From: Rozella allomycis CSF55
Taxonomy: Eukaryota
NCBI GenBank assembly: GCA_000442015.1
Contig: KE560384.1
Coordinates: forward strand, 62,001-126,000
Length of the DNA: 64,000 nucleotides
Direction: 5' to 3'
Position numbers and translations under genes: made by a program. The notes below the pieces were generated by a model. The model did no database searches. It was not told the origin of the DNA and was given only the letters and a program-made list of their open reading frames with translations. Within the stretch, counting starts at the first letter, position 1. The number at the start of each line of letters is the position of its first letter. Shown here one piece after another: positions 11,153 to 23,328 of this stretch.

Positions 11153-12379
11153 ATGCAATCTCTAAGTTTCATCGTCTTGTTCATTTTTCATTTTACAAAA
11201 GCTATCAGTATTGACGAAGCCTCAGATATTTTAAACTTTCAATTCGACGAAATTAAGAGGTGCAATCTAAACGATTACGAATTACTTGAACCACTAGGCA
11301 AAGGGAGCTTTGGAATCGTTCGCCGAGTATTTAATCGTAAACAAAGTCAATACTATGCAATGAAATCCATTCAGGATGTATCTGGCCACGGTTCAATATA
11401 TTTTTGGAAAGAAGTTCGAGCATTATCATTACTAAACAAATATCCATATTTTCCTGATCTTGAATGCATTTATTTTGATGATGATACGTTTCTAGTTGTA
11501 ATGGAATTGCTCAAGGGATCAGCGCCCGGGGAAAAATTTATGTCGTGTTTGGCGAACTCTAGAATAGAAGAGGAATGTTTGGTTCACGGTTATGGCAGAA
11601 ATAAAATGGCTCAGGTCGCAAGAGATATCATAGAAGCTCTCAAAGCTATGCATCAAGAAAAGCTCATTAATCTGGATGTGAAGCCAAAGAATATGATTGA
11701 AACTCTTGATGGGGGCATTAAATTGTTTGATTTTAATTTTGCCATGAGACGGTCTGATAAAGATATCACTTTTGGCTATACAAGAGGTTATTTGCCTCCA
11801 GAGGGTGTTCTACAATTAAAAAAAGGTGATTGGAGAACACCAAAGTATTTTTCTTATGCATATGATGTTTTTTCGGCTGGCATATCTTTGTATAACCTTC
11901 ATGGGTTGTCGCTCTTTCGCTTAAATGATACTCTGGAAGCCCGGTTTACTAAGCGATGGCCATATGACATATCTATGTTTAGTATAGTTAATGGAACAAC
12001 TGCTATAAATTATGAAAATGGTGACTTTAATTTGCGCAAACATAAGCCTGAAGAATACGATAAGGATGTGTGGGATTTGGTACAGAAAATGTGCTCAATT
12101 GACGCACGTAATAGGCCAGGCCATACAATGGAATCTCTAAACAATCTCGAGGCAATGAATTTATTTCATAACATCAAATTCATGAAACAAGATGTTGGAA
12201 ACAATATGGTGGATTCTACCAAAAGTAATACGATCGATGAAGAACCAAATTACTGGATGATAACAACTTTTGGGTGTCTTGGTGCTTTAACAATCTTTAA
12301 TGTTGCTTATGCTACGTACTACATCGTTAGGAAGAGAATTGCGAAAATCAAATCACCGCTATCAGTTGAAACTTGCTAA
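11153..12379 (+). CDS. Ser/Thr protein kinase with N-terminal signal peptide and C-terminal TM helix; intronless
   Basis: LGKGSFG, YAMK, NLDVKPKN, DFN, YLPPE, DVFSAG; hydrophobic N-terminus; hydrophobic 25-mer followed by RKR. Confidence 0.85.
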   Translation: MQSLSFIVLFIFHFTKAISIDEASDILNFQFDEIKRCNLNDYELLEPLGKGSFGIVRRVFNRKQSQYYAMKSIQDVSGHGSIYFWKEVRALSLLNKYPYFPDLECIYFDDDTFLVVMELLKGSAPGEKFMSCLANSRIEEECLVHGYGRNKMAQVARDIIEALKAMHQEKLINLDVKPKNMIETLDGGIKLFDFNFAMRRSDKDITFGYTRGYLPPEGVLQLKKGDWRTPKYFSYAYDVFSAGISLYNLHGLSLFRLNDTLEARFTKRWPYDISMFSIVNGTTAINYENGDFNLRKHKPEEYDKDVWDLVQKMCSIDARNRPGHTMESLNNLEAMNLFHNIKFMKQDVGNNMVDSTKSNTIDEEPNYWMITTFGCLGALTIFNVAYATYYIVRKRIAKIKSPLSVETC

Positions 12380-12619
12380 CAAAGAAATAAAATCTATTTT
12401 AATTACTAACATCTGTCATCTTGTATACTTTCACCTATTCATTAATTAGATAATATAAACATGCGAGTAAATTGATGTGACAGTAATAGTAGAACTAGAG
12501 TTTCATTATGTCGAATTGCCGTTGCACTTGCAAATTGGCAATATAACTAATCTGTAATCGTTAATAAAATTTGTTCAGGAAACAGTAAAACTCGTTTTGG
12601 GTATAATTGATGCCAATCG

Positions 12620-14832
12620 ATGAAGAGTTGCCTGCAAATTCAAGAAGAATTAAAATCTCACTTAAAAACTGCGTCAATTCAAGAGATCCCTCCTACCTCT
12701 ACTAAATGGGTGGTACAAGCCACATTTTTTTTGATGAGCAAAGGTTTACCAAGTTCAATAATTTCACATTTTTTATCAAAAGAGGATCATTTTGATGATA
12801 ACAGTTCCTTTTCTTTAAAAATATTAAAGGAACAAGACTTTTCTACTCTGTCATCATCTTACATGACCAAAATTCTGGAAAAGTGTCAAAATCTTGTATC
12901 ATCAAAATCTAGTAAATGTCAATGGCTAGGAATTGGTGTATTAAAAATTGTTACGTCGAAAAGGATGGATTCTTTTGAGAGTCCCAAATTATGGATTGAT
13001 GTCTTAATGAATCTCTGTGTCAAGGAATCGGGAAACCATGATATTGTTTTGGAATCATTAAAATTAATTATTTCTATTTTGACATTTTTCAATGAATCTA
13101 ATCCAGAAGTAATACGTGATTTACATCAAGAGAAAATCCCTAAATTAATAGGGATTGTCGTAAACTTGTGCTCTACAAACGTAAAAAAAGACTGTTTTAT
13201 TAATAGGATAAATTCTTTGAGATCGCAAGTGAATTGTGTCATCTATTCCCAGGGGCTATGAAGTCACAAAACGAAAAAATTTTAACAATGATATTCAAAA
13301 AAGTTGATGATCCTTTCTTGAATTCAGAAATGGCTGCGAAATGCTTAGCTTCTTTGACCCTTGCGGTTAATAAGAAGAATTTAAGCTCTAATTTTGAAAA
13401 TTGCCTTTCCAAGATCATTTCAACAATTAACAATTGTTTAAACGACTTATTTACGTCGGTGGAAGAAGGTAACAAATTCTACTTGAAAATAACAAAGACT
13501 CTTCAATGAAAAATGAAGAAGATGGGTACTCGTGCGCACCTCTGCCACTTGATGGATATTTGAGACTTCCAATCTTGTTTCATCGTTTAAGAAATATCTT
13601 GAATTTTTTGAACCAACTTTTAATCATTGATAGAGTCTATTTAGCTAATGTTCCAGTCGAGCAAATAATAAATTTGGCAAAAAGACTGTTTAGAGTTCAT
13701 CCAGGGTCTAAAATTAGGCCAGGCGTTGAGCAACAAGAATTCCAACTATTCATGGCATGCGTTAGTAGTCTTCAATCTTTTGCTTTTCCTGTCATCTCAT
13801 CTTTGGTAAAAAGCTTAAAGCTATCTATTTTGCCTTTTAAAAGACAAATTGTTGACCTGATGGATATGTTATTGGGCAATAGGCATATTTGTTTGTTAAA
13901 GTCCCAATTCATATTATCAATCCTGGAAGAAATTGTGATATTCTCTGATAAAAGACTTGCTTCTGTGTTAGTAACTTCTATATTGTCTACGTTGGATAAC
14001 GTGAAAATTGGACAGAATGATAAAAGTTCATTATCTCTTCAAAGAAATCTTCTTTCAATTCTTTCTAGTTTAATTTCCAAATCGTTTCATGTTATTGAAC
14101 CACAGAATCGATTTTCATTAGAGAAATATGTACTTGGAATTTTACTGAATTCTTTGACGCCTTGTTTCGGCCAAACAAAATGCGTTAAAATTCATAGATC
14201 TATTAGATATCAATTGTTTAAAATATTATCTGGTTTAATTTTTAATTCTAAATGTATTTCGCCTCTAATCCCATTTGCGACCCGAATTTTTGGCATTGGA
14301 TTGACTGATCAACACCCAAAGATTAGACAGCTGTGCTCTGAATCTTTAAACTTTGTAGATGCACTTGTGCGACCCAAAGTATTGAAGTCAAACTTTATTA
14401 GCATTGCAGATTCTTATTTCGATTTTGTCTCGTTAAAGTGCCAAGAGAAAGCAAAGATGAATGAAGAGACACCGATGATTAACGATGAAAAGGAAATGCT
14501 AGAAAATAAACTTGTGAAAGGCGAGCCTTCAAACCTCAAAGAGTCAAACAATGAAAAGACAACAANAGTCAAACAATGAAGCGACAACAAGCGAGAAAAA
14601 TATTGACGTACCAATCGTTCAAATTAAAGAATCTAAAAAGAAAATTATTGAAAAAACGCAACCAGCAATAAATAAAAGTCAAATAAAAGAAACAATTTCA
14701 AAATTATCAAATAAGCGTCCATTAGACGTCGATTGCAATAAAGAATTGAAGAATATTAAATTGGAGTTGGAGAGCGACAGTGATGGACCCTTGGAATTAA
14801 ATATCATTGATGAAGAGCCCGACGAAGATTAA
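12620..14832 (+). CDS. RIX1/PELP1-like HEAT-repeat pre-rRNA processing protein, 3 exons
   Basis: Helical repeats, HLFPGAMKS, DALVRPK and acidic tail LNIIDEEPDED typical of Rix1; duplication artefact at N14566. Confidence 0.65.
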
Positions 14833-14840
14833 TAAATAAT

Positions 14841-15415
14841 TTATTGATATGATTTCATTAATGAATTGATTTCTTCCATTTTATCCCCCAAGAATTTCGC
14901 TTCCTTTGAACATTTCGATTTTGTTTTTTCAAGGGTAGATTTTAAGGTTTCAACTTCATTCTTTAAAAGAATTGAGTCCTTTTTCAATTTGGCAATCTTA
15001 AAACTTAAATCATGCATAATACATTCCAAACGAGTTTCAATGTCACTGTCAACTATTCTACTTTCAAACACTTCTGTATCTTCCATTTCTTCATCTTCCA
15101 CTGAAAGGCATTGCACAATCTGATTGGCGGGTTCCTCACTTGGAATTTGCAAGTACTTTAATGGGTCAGAAAACAGCAATTCTAAATCTGCCAATACGCT
15201 ATTTTCGTCGGAAGCTTTAAAGTCGTTTTTACTCACCCTTTGTTATTCTTTATATAAATTTACGAGTCAATTTCTGAGTGCGATGAACTTGACGATAAGC
15301 TGGAAGAACAGGTACCAGATTCATCATCCAAATTATCAGATTGTGTTCCATAATTCAAGATACTAGTCTTGATAAAATTTGAAATATTATGCAATGCGCC
15401 GACTACAAACGACAT
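14841..15415 (-). CDS. Coiled-coil protein of unknown function, 2 exons
   Basis: ATG at 15415, Ser-rich exon, 26-nt GT-AG intron joins to ORF 14841-15236. Confidence 0.55.
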
Positions 15416-15507
15416 TGTAAAGGCGCAGCGATAAAGAACGCAAAAGTCCGCATAAGAACCTAAACATAAATATTAACTGTTCTAACATTTATTTTAAAAT
15501 CTGATAT

Positions 15508-16706
15508 TTATTTAAAATGTATATTAAATATTCCTGAATAGTAAAACATGGCAAGGAACCATAAAAAGAGAAGGAATATTCGAAGAATCAATTTTTGCAG
15601 AATCTTTCTCTCAACGTCTGTTTCAAAAATTAAACAAAAATTACCAGCAAAAGAATAAATAAATAAACTTGCATCTGCAGAGACACTCATTAGCTGATTA
15701 TCCAAACAATTGTATGCTAATGAAGTCACTGAAAAGGTATGGGCATTAAACCAACCATGTAAATACTATCATTTTAAACTGAAGATCCTACCTTTAGATT
15801 TTGGGAAAACAATTTAATTATTCCAGTGGAAAATCCTACGACGACGTAACCCTTAAATGCTAATATACAAGTTGCTGGCTTAACGTGAAGCTTTTTTCTT
15901 TTAACAAGCTTTAATGATGCATTATATTTCAAAAGATAAGAAACTTTCTTTGACACTTCGTTTTCTAAAACAAACAAATCTCCCTTGTCATTAAAGACTC
16001 CTGATCTAATCACGTGGCCGGGTGATGGAAGCAACGTGCTTGAAGGCTCCACTGGCTTTTCTTCTGGACTAAACTTTTCAAAAAAGAAAATTTGCTTTGA
16101 AGTTACTGCGACAAACTTTAAAATTTTATCAATTAATTTGTTTACGTCGTTTTCTTTGTTGAAAGAAATGTTGTAAATTTCCCCATCTTCAAAGGCAAAG
16201 TATGCCTTTTCTTGCCTTGATTTAGCATCCCATATTCGAATCTTTATGTTATTTTTGATTAATTCTTGCCTTTTTATCAATACCACAGGATAAGATATAT
16301 ATCATGTCAGTGGAATACACAAAACATTTCAAGTATGGATCTTGGGTATCGAAATCTCCTTTCCATGTTTCTTCCTTGATTCAAAAAAATCGCATTTAAT
16401 ATATTACGAATCATTTTTAAACTTTAATATTCCACAATCTTCATTAATACAGCATGCAATTTCTGGTTCCTCTGGGTGGGCAGCTACGCTCATTACAGCT
16501 TTTTTCTTTGTATCATGTTTTAGCTCCTCTATTATTTCACCATTCTTAATTTTGATTGTGGCCTGCAACTGAAAAACCAAAATTCTTACCAGTCCATTAA
16601 AAACTCCAGAGTTGACATTTCCGCCACCTCCCGAGACAACGAAACACTCCATAGGCTTTGAATAACAACAACTAAATAAAGGAAAGGATAGATTTTTGGT
16701 TTTCAT
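15508..16706 (-). CDS. SEC12: Sec12/PREB-like WD40 Sar1 GEF with C-terminal TM, multi-exon
   Basis: GGGGNVNSGVFN K-loop; DFDTQDPYLK...SCGIDKKIRIW; SVSAD; C-terminal TM; includes one GC-AG and one putative GT-TG intron. Confidence 0.8.
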
Positions 16707-16796
16707 TAACCAGTTCAAATGAGAAATTCAGAATACGGAATTTTAGGGTTAACTCAAGTTGTCATGCAAATCAAACTTTATTGTACCTTTACGATG

Positions 16797-18185
16797 TTAG
16801 TAGTAAATCTTAGCTTGTTTAAAAATCCTCTATATCTACATGTTCTCCCCAAAACGGCATTTTACTAATGCTATTGATTATTTCATGATCAGATGAGTCT
16901 TTGGGCATAAATGACCATAACAAAAGAAAGAGTTTTCTATAAGCCTTACAATGGCCGTTGGATCTGAGATCTTTTGGAATCAATGCGGTTGCGAATTTTT
17001 CAACGACGTGCTTCTTTAATCTAATTTCTTTGCTAATAATACATATTAAATGCTTGACTAATATATCCCAAAGATCTTTTCAGAGCAAATTCAAACGCTT
17101 ACCGCGCTTATGTCTCTGTGGAAATAGACTATTAAGATCAATGCCCTTCATGTCATCCAAGTCCAGAGGTATTTTTGGAAGCTGAATTGGTTCGAATAAT
17201 TCTATGCTTTATATTGTAACTTTTTACGTTCATAGTGATAATTGGAAAGGTAAAAGAGAATTGAATCAGCTACTGCTTTTAGCGAGCCTTGTATTTCATT
17301 ATTACTGCTTTCAAATTATATGAATTGTTACTTTAATATTTCAAGAATGAGGTATTCTTTTGTTGTTCCATTGTAAATGCTGCCTCCATCATAAAAATCC
17401 TCAATGAAGCCCATCAGATTTTGTAGCTTCTCGGGGTCAACTTTTATTTGATACGTATTTTCATGATCAGTGGATTTTAAGATTTGCTTTTGAATCATAC
17501 TGTCTTGTGCATCGTCGATCCTATCATTGTAAACCTTGATTTCCCCGCATTTCATATTTTCGCCAACTGTAGCTTCAACAGGTTTACAGTGTTTGCAATG
17601 AATATCTTGGTTTTCAATAAGTTCATGCATTTGATCTCCTTTAACATCAGTCCCCGTGTTCACAAGTTTGACTTTGTCCGTCATCATCCCTATATCCCTC
17701 ACACTTTTCTTTGTAATATCTGACATTGAAGTTTTGATATCCTTGTGCAGTATTTCCGTATTATTCTCTATCTTTTCAGTGTCGATTTCGGGATATATCA
17801 TGTCATGGAGATCAATCGGACAGACCAGAAACTTCTAAACAAATAATTTTGAAAATAATTACCTGAAAATACTCGATTTGTTTATCGAAAATATCGTTTT
17901 TACTTTCTTCTTTAACTTTTGACTGTACTCCTTTCATCATTAGTTGGTTTCGCTCATCAGCTACCGCCTTACGCTTTTCAATTTCTTTCAAATATTCCAT
18001 TTTATTGCGACTTATTTCTTCCAAACTATAAAGTTTTAAGTAAATATTTACAGTCTTGATTTCTGTTGATTGTTTTCATCCCTTTTCTGTGCAATGAAAC
18101 TTCTCTTCGATCGCCTCTAAGAGAAATAGGGAATAAAGTACAGTTTACTAATCTCTAGCTCTAAATGTTTGATCTCAAGATCCAT
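16797..18185 (-). CDS. Multi-exon protein of unknown function with N-terminal coiled coil; 3' end uncertain
   Basis: ORFs 17812-18024 and 17328-17801 and downstream frames joined by about 26-32 nt GT-AG introns. Confidence 0.45.
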
Positions 18186-18343
18186 AATTATTAAAAAGTC
18201 CCGGTTACCAGTACGGAAAATTGACCAGATTATAAACTCTTAAAATATGAAACGTTTATTAAATGATAAAATGTTGAATTCTTATAATGCATAAACGTTT
18301 TCGGTTTGGGTAGAAGTAATGACATTGTGTAGAAACATTATCC

Positions 18344-19087
18344 CTATTTGAAAATTGTGGAAACCAATTCATAACCTTTTCGCTTTTTAATTGTAGAGTC
18401 TTCAATAATGGACAATTTCTGCATAGATGATAACAAAATATCATTATCGTTCTTCTTTTTGAAGGGTATTTTCCTTTCAGAGTCTACATACCTAAAACAT
18501 CCCCTCTTGAAAGCTCGTGTGAATGTTGATAATGTTAGCATTCTTTCATATAAGGGTATTAGGTACTTCACATCGACTGCGGCATATTCGAGTAACTGAC
18601 TCTCTATCGGTCTTTCCATCCAAATTGCGTAATTCATTTCAAATTTTGAGATTCCCTCTTCTTTTATTTTGGAAACATCTACCCCCAAATACTTTTGCAA
18701 CACTTTCTTGTAACCCGAAACATGCCTTGGTAAAACATTAAAACTGCTTTTATAAATCCAAGCATCGGCTAGTTGGGTATCAAAAACATTTCTCAACTTC
18801 ACATTGAATTGATGAAACAATGCGTCGCTGTCTTTACGACAGTCATGCATAATTTTCAGGATAGTATTGGACTGAAGTATTTCACGTAATCCTAGATCAA
18901 ATACTGAAATTCCGAGCTTCAAAACGTCAACAATAAAAACATTTTGTTTAGTTGATATTTGTAGAAGACAAAGCCGTCCGTGACGGTCCAGTTTGACGCC
19001 TTCGCAATCTACTCCAATCACTGGACTTTCGAAAACTCTGGAGAGTAGAAAGGGGATTTTTTCAGGGGACTGAATAAGACTGAACAT
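18344..19087 (-). CDS. DEDDy 3'-5' exonuclease, EXD1/Egalitarian-like
   Basis: IGVDCEG, LCLLQIST, KIMHDCRKDSDAL, VFDTQLA, W..RP...LLEYAAVDV. Confidence 0.85.
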   Translation of the reverse strand: MFSLIQSPEKIPFLLSRVFESPVIGVDCEGVKLDRHGRLCLLQISTKQNVFIVDVLKLGISVFDLGLREILQSNTILKIMHDCRKDSDALFHQFNVKLRNVFDTQLADAWIYKSSFNVLPRHVSGYKKVLQKYLGVDVSKIKEEGISKFEMNYAIWMERPIESQLLEYAAVDVKYLIPLYERMLTLSTFTRAFKRGCFRYVDSERKIPFKKKNDNDILLSSMQKLSIIEDSTIKKRKGYELVSTIFK

Positions 19088-19197
19088 GTATTAAATTTTT
19101 TATGAATTTTCAAAAAATATTCAAACACTAGAACGTATGAAGTATTACAACTCTAGCATTATAAAATATTGTAAAGGAAAAATATATTTATTTAAGC

Positions 19198-20577
19198 TTA
19201 AATTTGTCGATACATCGGGATGTGACTTTTGGATTTTCGACGTTTGGAATATCCAATCGCGATGATGCCCAGTAATAACAGTCCACCAGCACTGGCAAAT
19301 ATGACAATAGTCCTTGTCTTTTGGGTTCTTTTTGATGATTTTTCTTCACTGTCTTGTTCAAAATTGGGATTTATATGTCTATGGTTTTGACTGTCTCCAT
19401 TACTACTAGACCGAAAGATTCTGTTAAAATACTCATCAGTTCCACGCAACCTGACTTCATCGTTATCGTTATTTGTTGGATTTTCATTTTGATTGCAATC
19501 CATCGAAACAGGTAGATCAATACCTGTACTCTCTGGTTCCTCAATATCCTTATGGCCTTTAGGGGGAAGAATATTCTCCTCATCAACAGGCTTAAAAGTA
19601 ACTTCATCATCATTAGGTTTGACCGTAGCTTCATCATCTTTAGGCTTAACAGTAACTTCATCATCTTTAGGCTTAACAGTAACTTCATCATCGTTAGGCT
19701 TAACAGTAACTTCATCATCGTTAGGCTTAACAGTATCGTCATTGTCATCAGCCTTAACGGTTTCTTCATCATCATTAAGGTTAGAATGTTCGTTTGAGTC
19801 GTCATCATTCGGCCCTCCCAGTATGAATTCTACAAAGCGCTTTAGAATGCCCTTGTTTATTGGCTTCTGCGAAACTGGGTTTTCCGTTTCCACATTTTCA
19901 TCGACATCGCTACTATCATCATCTGGTCCTCCTAAAATAACATTTTTAAGCGAACGTAAGAAACGTCTAAAATATCCATCATTCTTATCGAGATTTTTCA
20001 ATGTAGGTTCTTTATCATGAGCACCGTTCAAATCGTCTTCAATATTTTTCACAGTGTCTTCATCGTCACTTGGGCCACCGAGAATTAATTCCTTGGTGCT
20101 TTGCATTATACTATTTTTCTTGGATGACTTTGTTATTATCTCCGTTGACTGGTTCTCTTCCTCATCCTCGTTATCATCAACGGCATCATTTGAACCTCCA
20201 AGAATAACATTTTTAACGCTGCCCCAAAATCCTTGTAGAAAGCTTTCCTTTTTGGAATTCAAATATTCATCATTGAGTCTAACTTCATTAGACTCAGATT
20301 TCATGGTGTTTTCCTTCTTCTCGATTTTATCTGACTTTTTAATAGGCGCTGTATTTCTTCTCGGTGTCTCAAATACTCCAAAATCTTCATTCTTTAAGGG
20401 AGCTTTATCACCAGCTTTTTTGGTGTTGATGTTTGTCTTGTTTGTTCTTAAGCTAGGCTGAGACTTGGAACTTATATTTATGTGTTTAGGAATTTTAAAC
20501 TCATTTCTTCTTTTGAAAGGAAGAGCTGCTGTGAAATAAAGTGCTACTACCAAAAAGAGGAACAAAGAAAATTTCAT
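19198..20577 (-). CDS. Acidic, repeat-rich type I membrane/surface protein; intronless
   Basis: Signal peptide MKFSLFLFLVVALYFTAA; four ILGG(P/S)xDD repeats; VKPxDDEVT array; C-terminal TM then KRRK. Confidence 0.8.
   Translation of the reverse strand: MKFSLFLFLVVALYFTAALPFKRRNEFKIPKHINISSKSQPSLRTNKTNINTKKAGDKAPLKNEDFGVFETPRRNTAPIKKSDKIEKKENTMKSESNEVRLNDEYLNSKKESFLQGFWGSVKNVILGGSNDAVDDNEDEEENQSTEIITKSSKKNSIMQSTKELILGGPSDDEDTVKNIEDDLNGAHDKEPTLKNLDKNDGYFRRFLRSLKNVILGGPDDDSSDVDENVETENPVSQKPINKGILKRFVEFILGGPNDDDSNEHSNLNDDEETVKADDNDDTVKPNDDEVTVKPNDDEVTVKPKDDEVTVKPKDDEATVKPNDDEVTFKPVDEENILPPKGHKDIEEPESTGIDLPVSMDCNQNENPTNNDNDEVRLRGTDEYFNRIFRSSSNGDSQNHRHINPNFEQDSEEKSSKRTQKTRTIVIFASAGGLLLLGIIAIGYSKRRKSKSHIPMYRQI
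19589..19775 (-). repeat. 27-bp coding tandem repeat, about 7 units (VKP[N/K]DDEVT)
   Basis: ggcttaacagtaacttcatcatc(g/t)tta repeated with few changes. Confidence 0.9.
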
Positions 20578-20627
20578 TTTGTGGCGCTGTCACGACCTGA
20601 AAATTTAGAATGGTAAATTTCTGAAAT

Positions 20628-23167
20628 TTATTTAAAGTAGTAGATTACATCGGTCGAGGTTACTTTGACATTTTTTAGGGAGGATTGCTGTTGCAGAAAG
20701 GAAGATTGAGATAAGAGCAGTAATTTATCAGCGTTGACAGATTTGAGATGTTCCACAATATCACTGCAAAATTCTTGATTATTTTTATCCATTAGGAATA
20801 TTTTTAAATTTGAATGACCGAGTGCTTCTTCTAATGTCCTAGAATAGCTCAGATTCCAAGCTACAATGTTCTTTGTAATTGACATTGTTTCGGCAGAAGG
20901 TGTTTCATAGCAAACAAAGTAATGCGCTTTAGATAAAAAGGCGAAATCAAGGACCAGATCAGTTACAGTTTTAGCCCTTTTGCTTTTTCGTTCAGACCCT
21001 GGCTGATAACTTGAATAATCAATTTCAGGAGTGGTTTCAATTTTGTTCCTTGAATGACTTAATTCTTGAAGTTCTTGAAAAGTGATGCATTCTATTGGAT
21101 TTCTATTGTAATAGACTTTAAGTATTCTTGGAAATCGTAGAGTAAAGAATTTGTTGGGTCTTTCTTTTGTAAATCCACTTCCTAAGAGTTCAAAAACGAG
21201 TGGAATTGAAAAAGTGACGTCTATTTTTGAGTTTATAAGATTTGTGATTTGATAGGAAACTTCCTTGTTGGGCAGATTGAGTCCATTGTGAAATTTGATG
21301 CTTGTGTTGTTTATTAAAGCAGAAATGGAACTTCTTTCATCTCTGGAGAGGCCCATTTCTACCGTAAAAACGATTGCGAAATTTGGACAAGAAGATATTT
21401 TATCCAATAATTCTTTTTTATTTGTTAAACACCCGACATGAAATATTTGAAACAAACCTGACGAATCAGCATTTGGAGCATATGAAGCTCCAACAATTGC
21501 AAAGTCACCAGTATCCCCATAACCGTCAATGTCTAAATAAAAATATACTAAATCCCCTACAATCCTTTTTGATTTTCCACCAATTAGTTCTATTGAAGGG
21601 TTTGTAGATCGAATCCAATGATTTTACAATGATTCCTTCTTCATTCTTTTGAATGTGTTCTTGAAAGACATTTCTCAATAAATCCAAATGATTTAATTTT
21701 GAGAAATCAATTATGAATGTTTTTGACAATTCACAATAATTAGGTATCGTTTGCACAACTTGCTCCAATTTAAGTCGGCGGTTTCGTAAGGTGCAATTAA
21801 GTAAACTTTCTCCATTCAAATACAAAATATCAAAAAATATTAAAATATAATGACGAATTCCATTTGTTACATCATTCGAATAAAATGATTTTCCTGGCGC
21901 CAAATCGGAAACGCCACCGAATGGTTCGATTGACTTAGTTCTCTCATTATAAACAAGAATTTCGGCCTCTAGAATAATTGATTCTATAGAATTGATTCTA
22001 GATTTTTCCTGCAAGCCTCTTTCTTTGATAAATTCAGGATCATGGCCAATTGACGCCCAAAGTAATCAAACTTGACAACATTAAAACAATTTTACTTGTG
22101 ACTTTTCAATCTATCAAATGTTGAATCTCTTTTGCTTTTGCTGAATATTTTTAACTTCTTTTTCCCTTCTTCAAACCATAAATGGGCTTGAACTCTTTTA
22201 AGGGCAAATGACATTCTCACCTTTCACCGTCATACTTTGTTTCAATCAAGCATTCTTGCCCCTGAAGTTTATTGGCAACGTATTCTAATGAATTGGGACG
22301 GCCGCATTGCATAATCCCGACATTCACACCCAATTCAGGATTAGAAAACTCTTTATTTAAATCAACGCTTTTATTTTGATCATATTCAAGGCCAATATCT
22401 TTGAACTTTTGAATACACATGCATGCGACTTTTAAATCATTCTTAATAGAATATATTGAAGAAAACATGGCATGGAAGTTATTCATGAAGGGTCTACAAT
22501 CTTCCATGTTAATTCTTAGATCTTTAAGTATAATTCTAATAAGCCACTTGATCTCATTCCCTGTTGATTTCTTTTCACATCCAAAATTTCACAATTACCA
22601 CAAACAAGTCTTTCAGGATTTCAATTTGTGATCGATGATTCTTCAACGTCACAAAATCATCCTTTGACACTTATTTAGAATTATTTTTTATGTATTACAT
22701 TTTGATCGATCATTCCAAGAGTATGCAAGCTGCAGTTCATCCAGCAAATCGTTTACATCCTTCACCGATATGCTAGACGATGGAGTTTCCTACTCTTAAA
22801 ATTTAAAGGTTCATACTATTATTTCTCTTTCTACTATGCTCCCCAAGTCACCTTGCATCCCTGCATCCAATCGCCACTCTAAGATTGCTCGCCCTCTCTC
22901 GGTATTCTCAAGATTAAATATATTAACAATAAAACTGCACAGTTTATTTTCCCTTAATCCATATTTGGAAGGGTCTTCAAATGGAACTAATAGTCGAAAC
23001 AGTCGATAAACTGAATCGACTTTTTCAAACTGTTCAAACCAACTTGAAATACAATCATTTAACACTTGGCTTTTTTCTTTAGCATTTTTTATAGATTTAA
23101 TCATGATGATTTTCTCAAAAAGTGAACATACAAAACCAAAGGGAGCACTGTCTGATGAAGAGAACAT
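20628..23167 (-). CDS. ATP-dependent DNA ligase (ligase IV-like family), 7 exons
   Basis: EIKWLIRIILKDL, motif I KYDGER, FSKSKRDST, FFDILYLNG, EEGIIVK, WWKIKKDY, FTLRFPRI. Confidence 0.9.
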
Positions 23168-23328
23168 GTGGCACAGTCAGGTAATGGGCAACGCCTTAAA
23201 ATAAGCTTTGAATGAAAGTAAAACGAAGTTTATCAAGTATTGAATTGGAACGAATTGAATGACCATTTCACCATATTACGAATTAAACTTCCCAAGAGTC
23301 TTCAACTTCTAGAAATTTCAAAAATTAA

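Noticed and set aside
16921-16949. Fifth candidate GT-TG intron (29 nt, minus strand)
   Set aside because: The unspliced frame stays open and no conserved motif requires the splice
19589-19775. CRISPR-like periodicity
   Set aside because: Contiguous in-frame coding repeat without unique spacers, in a eukaryotic genome with no cas genes
19371-20461. Long alternative-frame and antisense ORFs over the repeat protein
   Set aside because: Shadows of low-complexity repeat coding sequence
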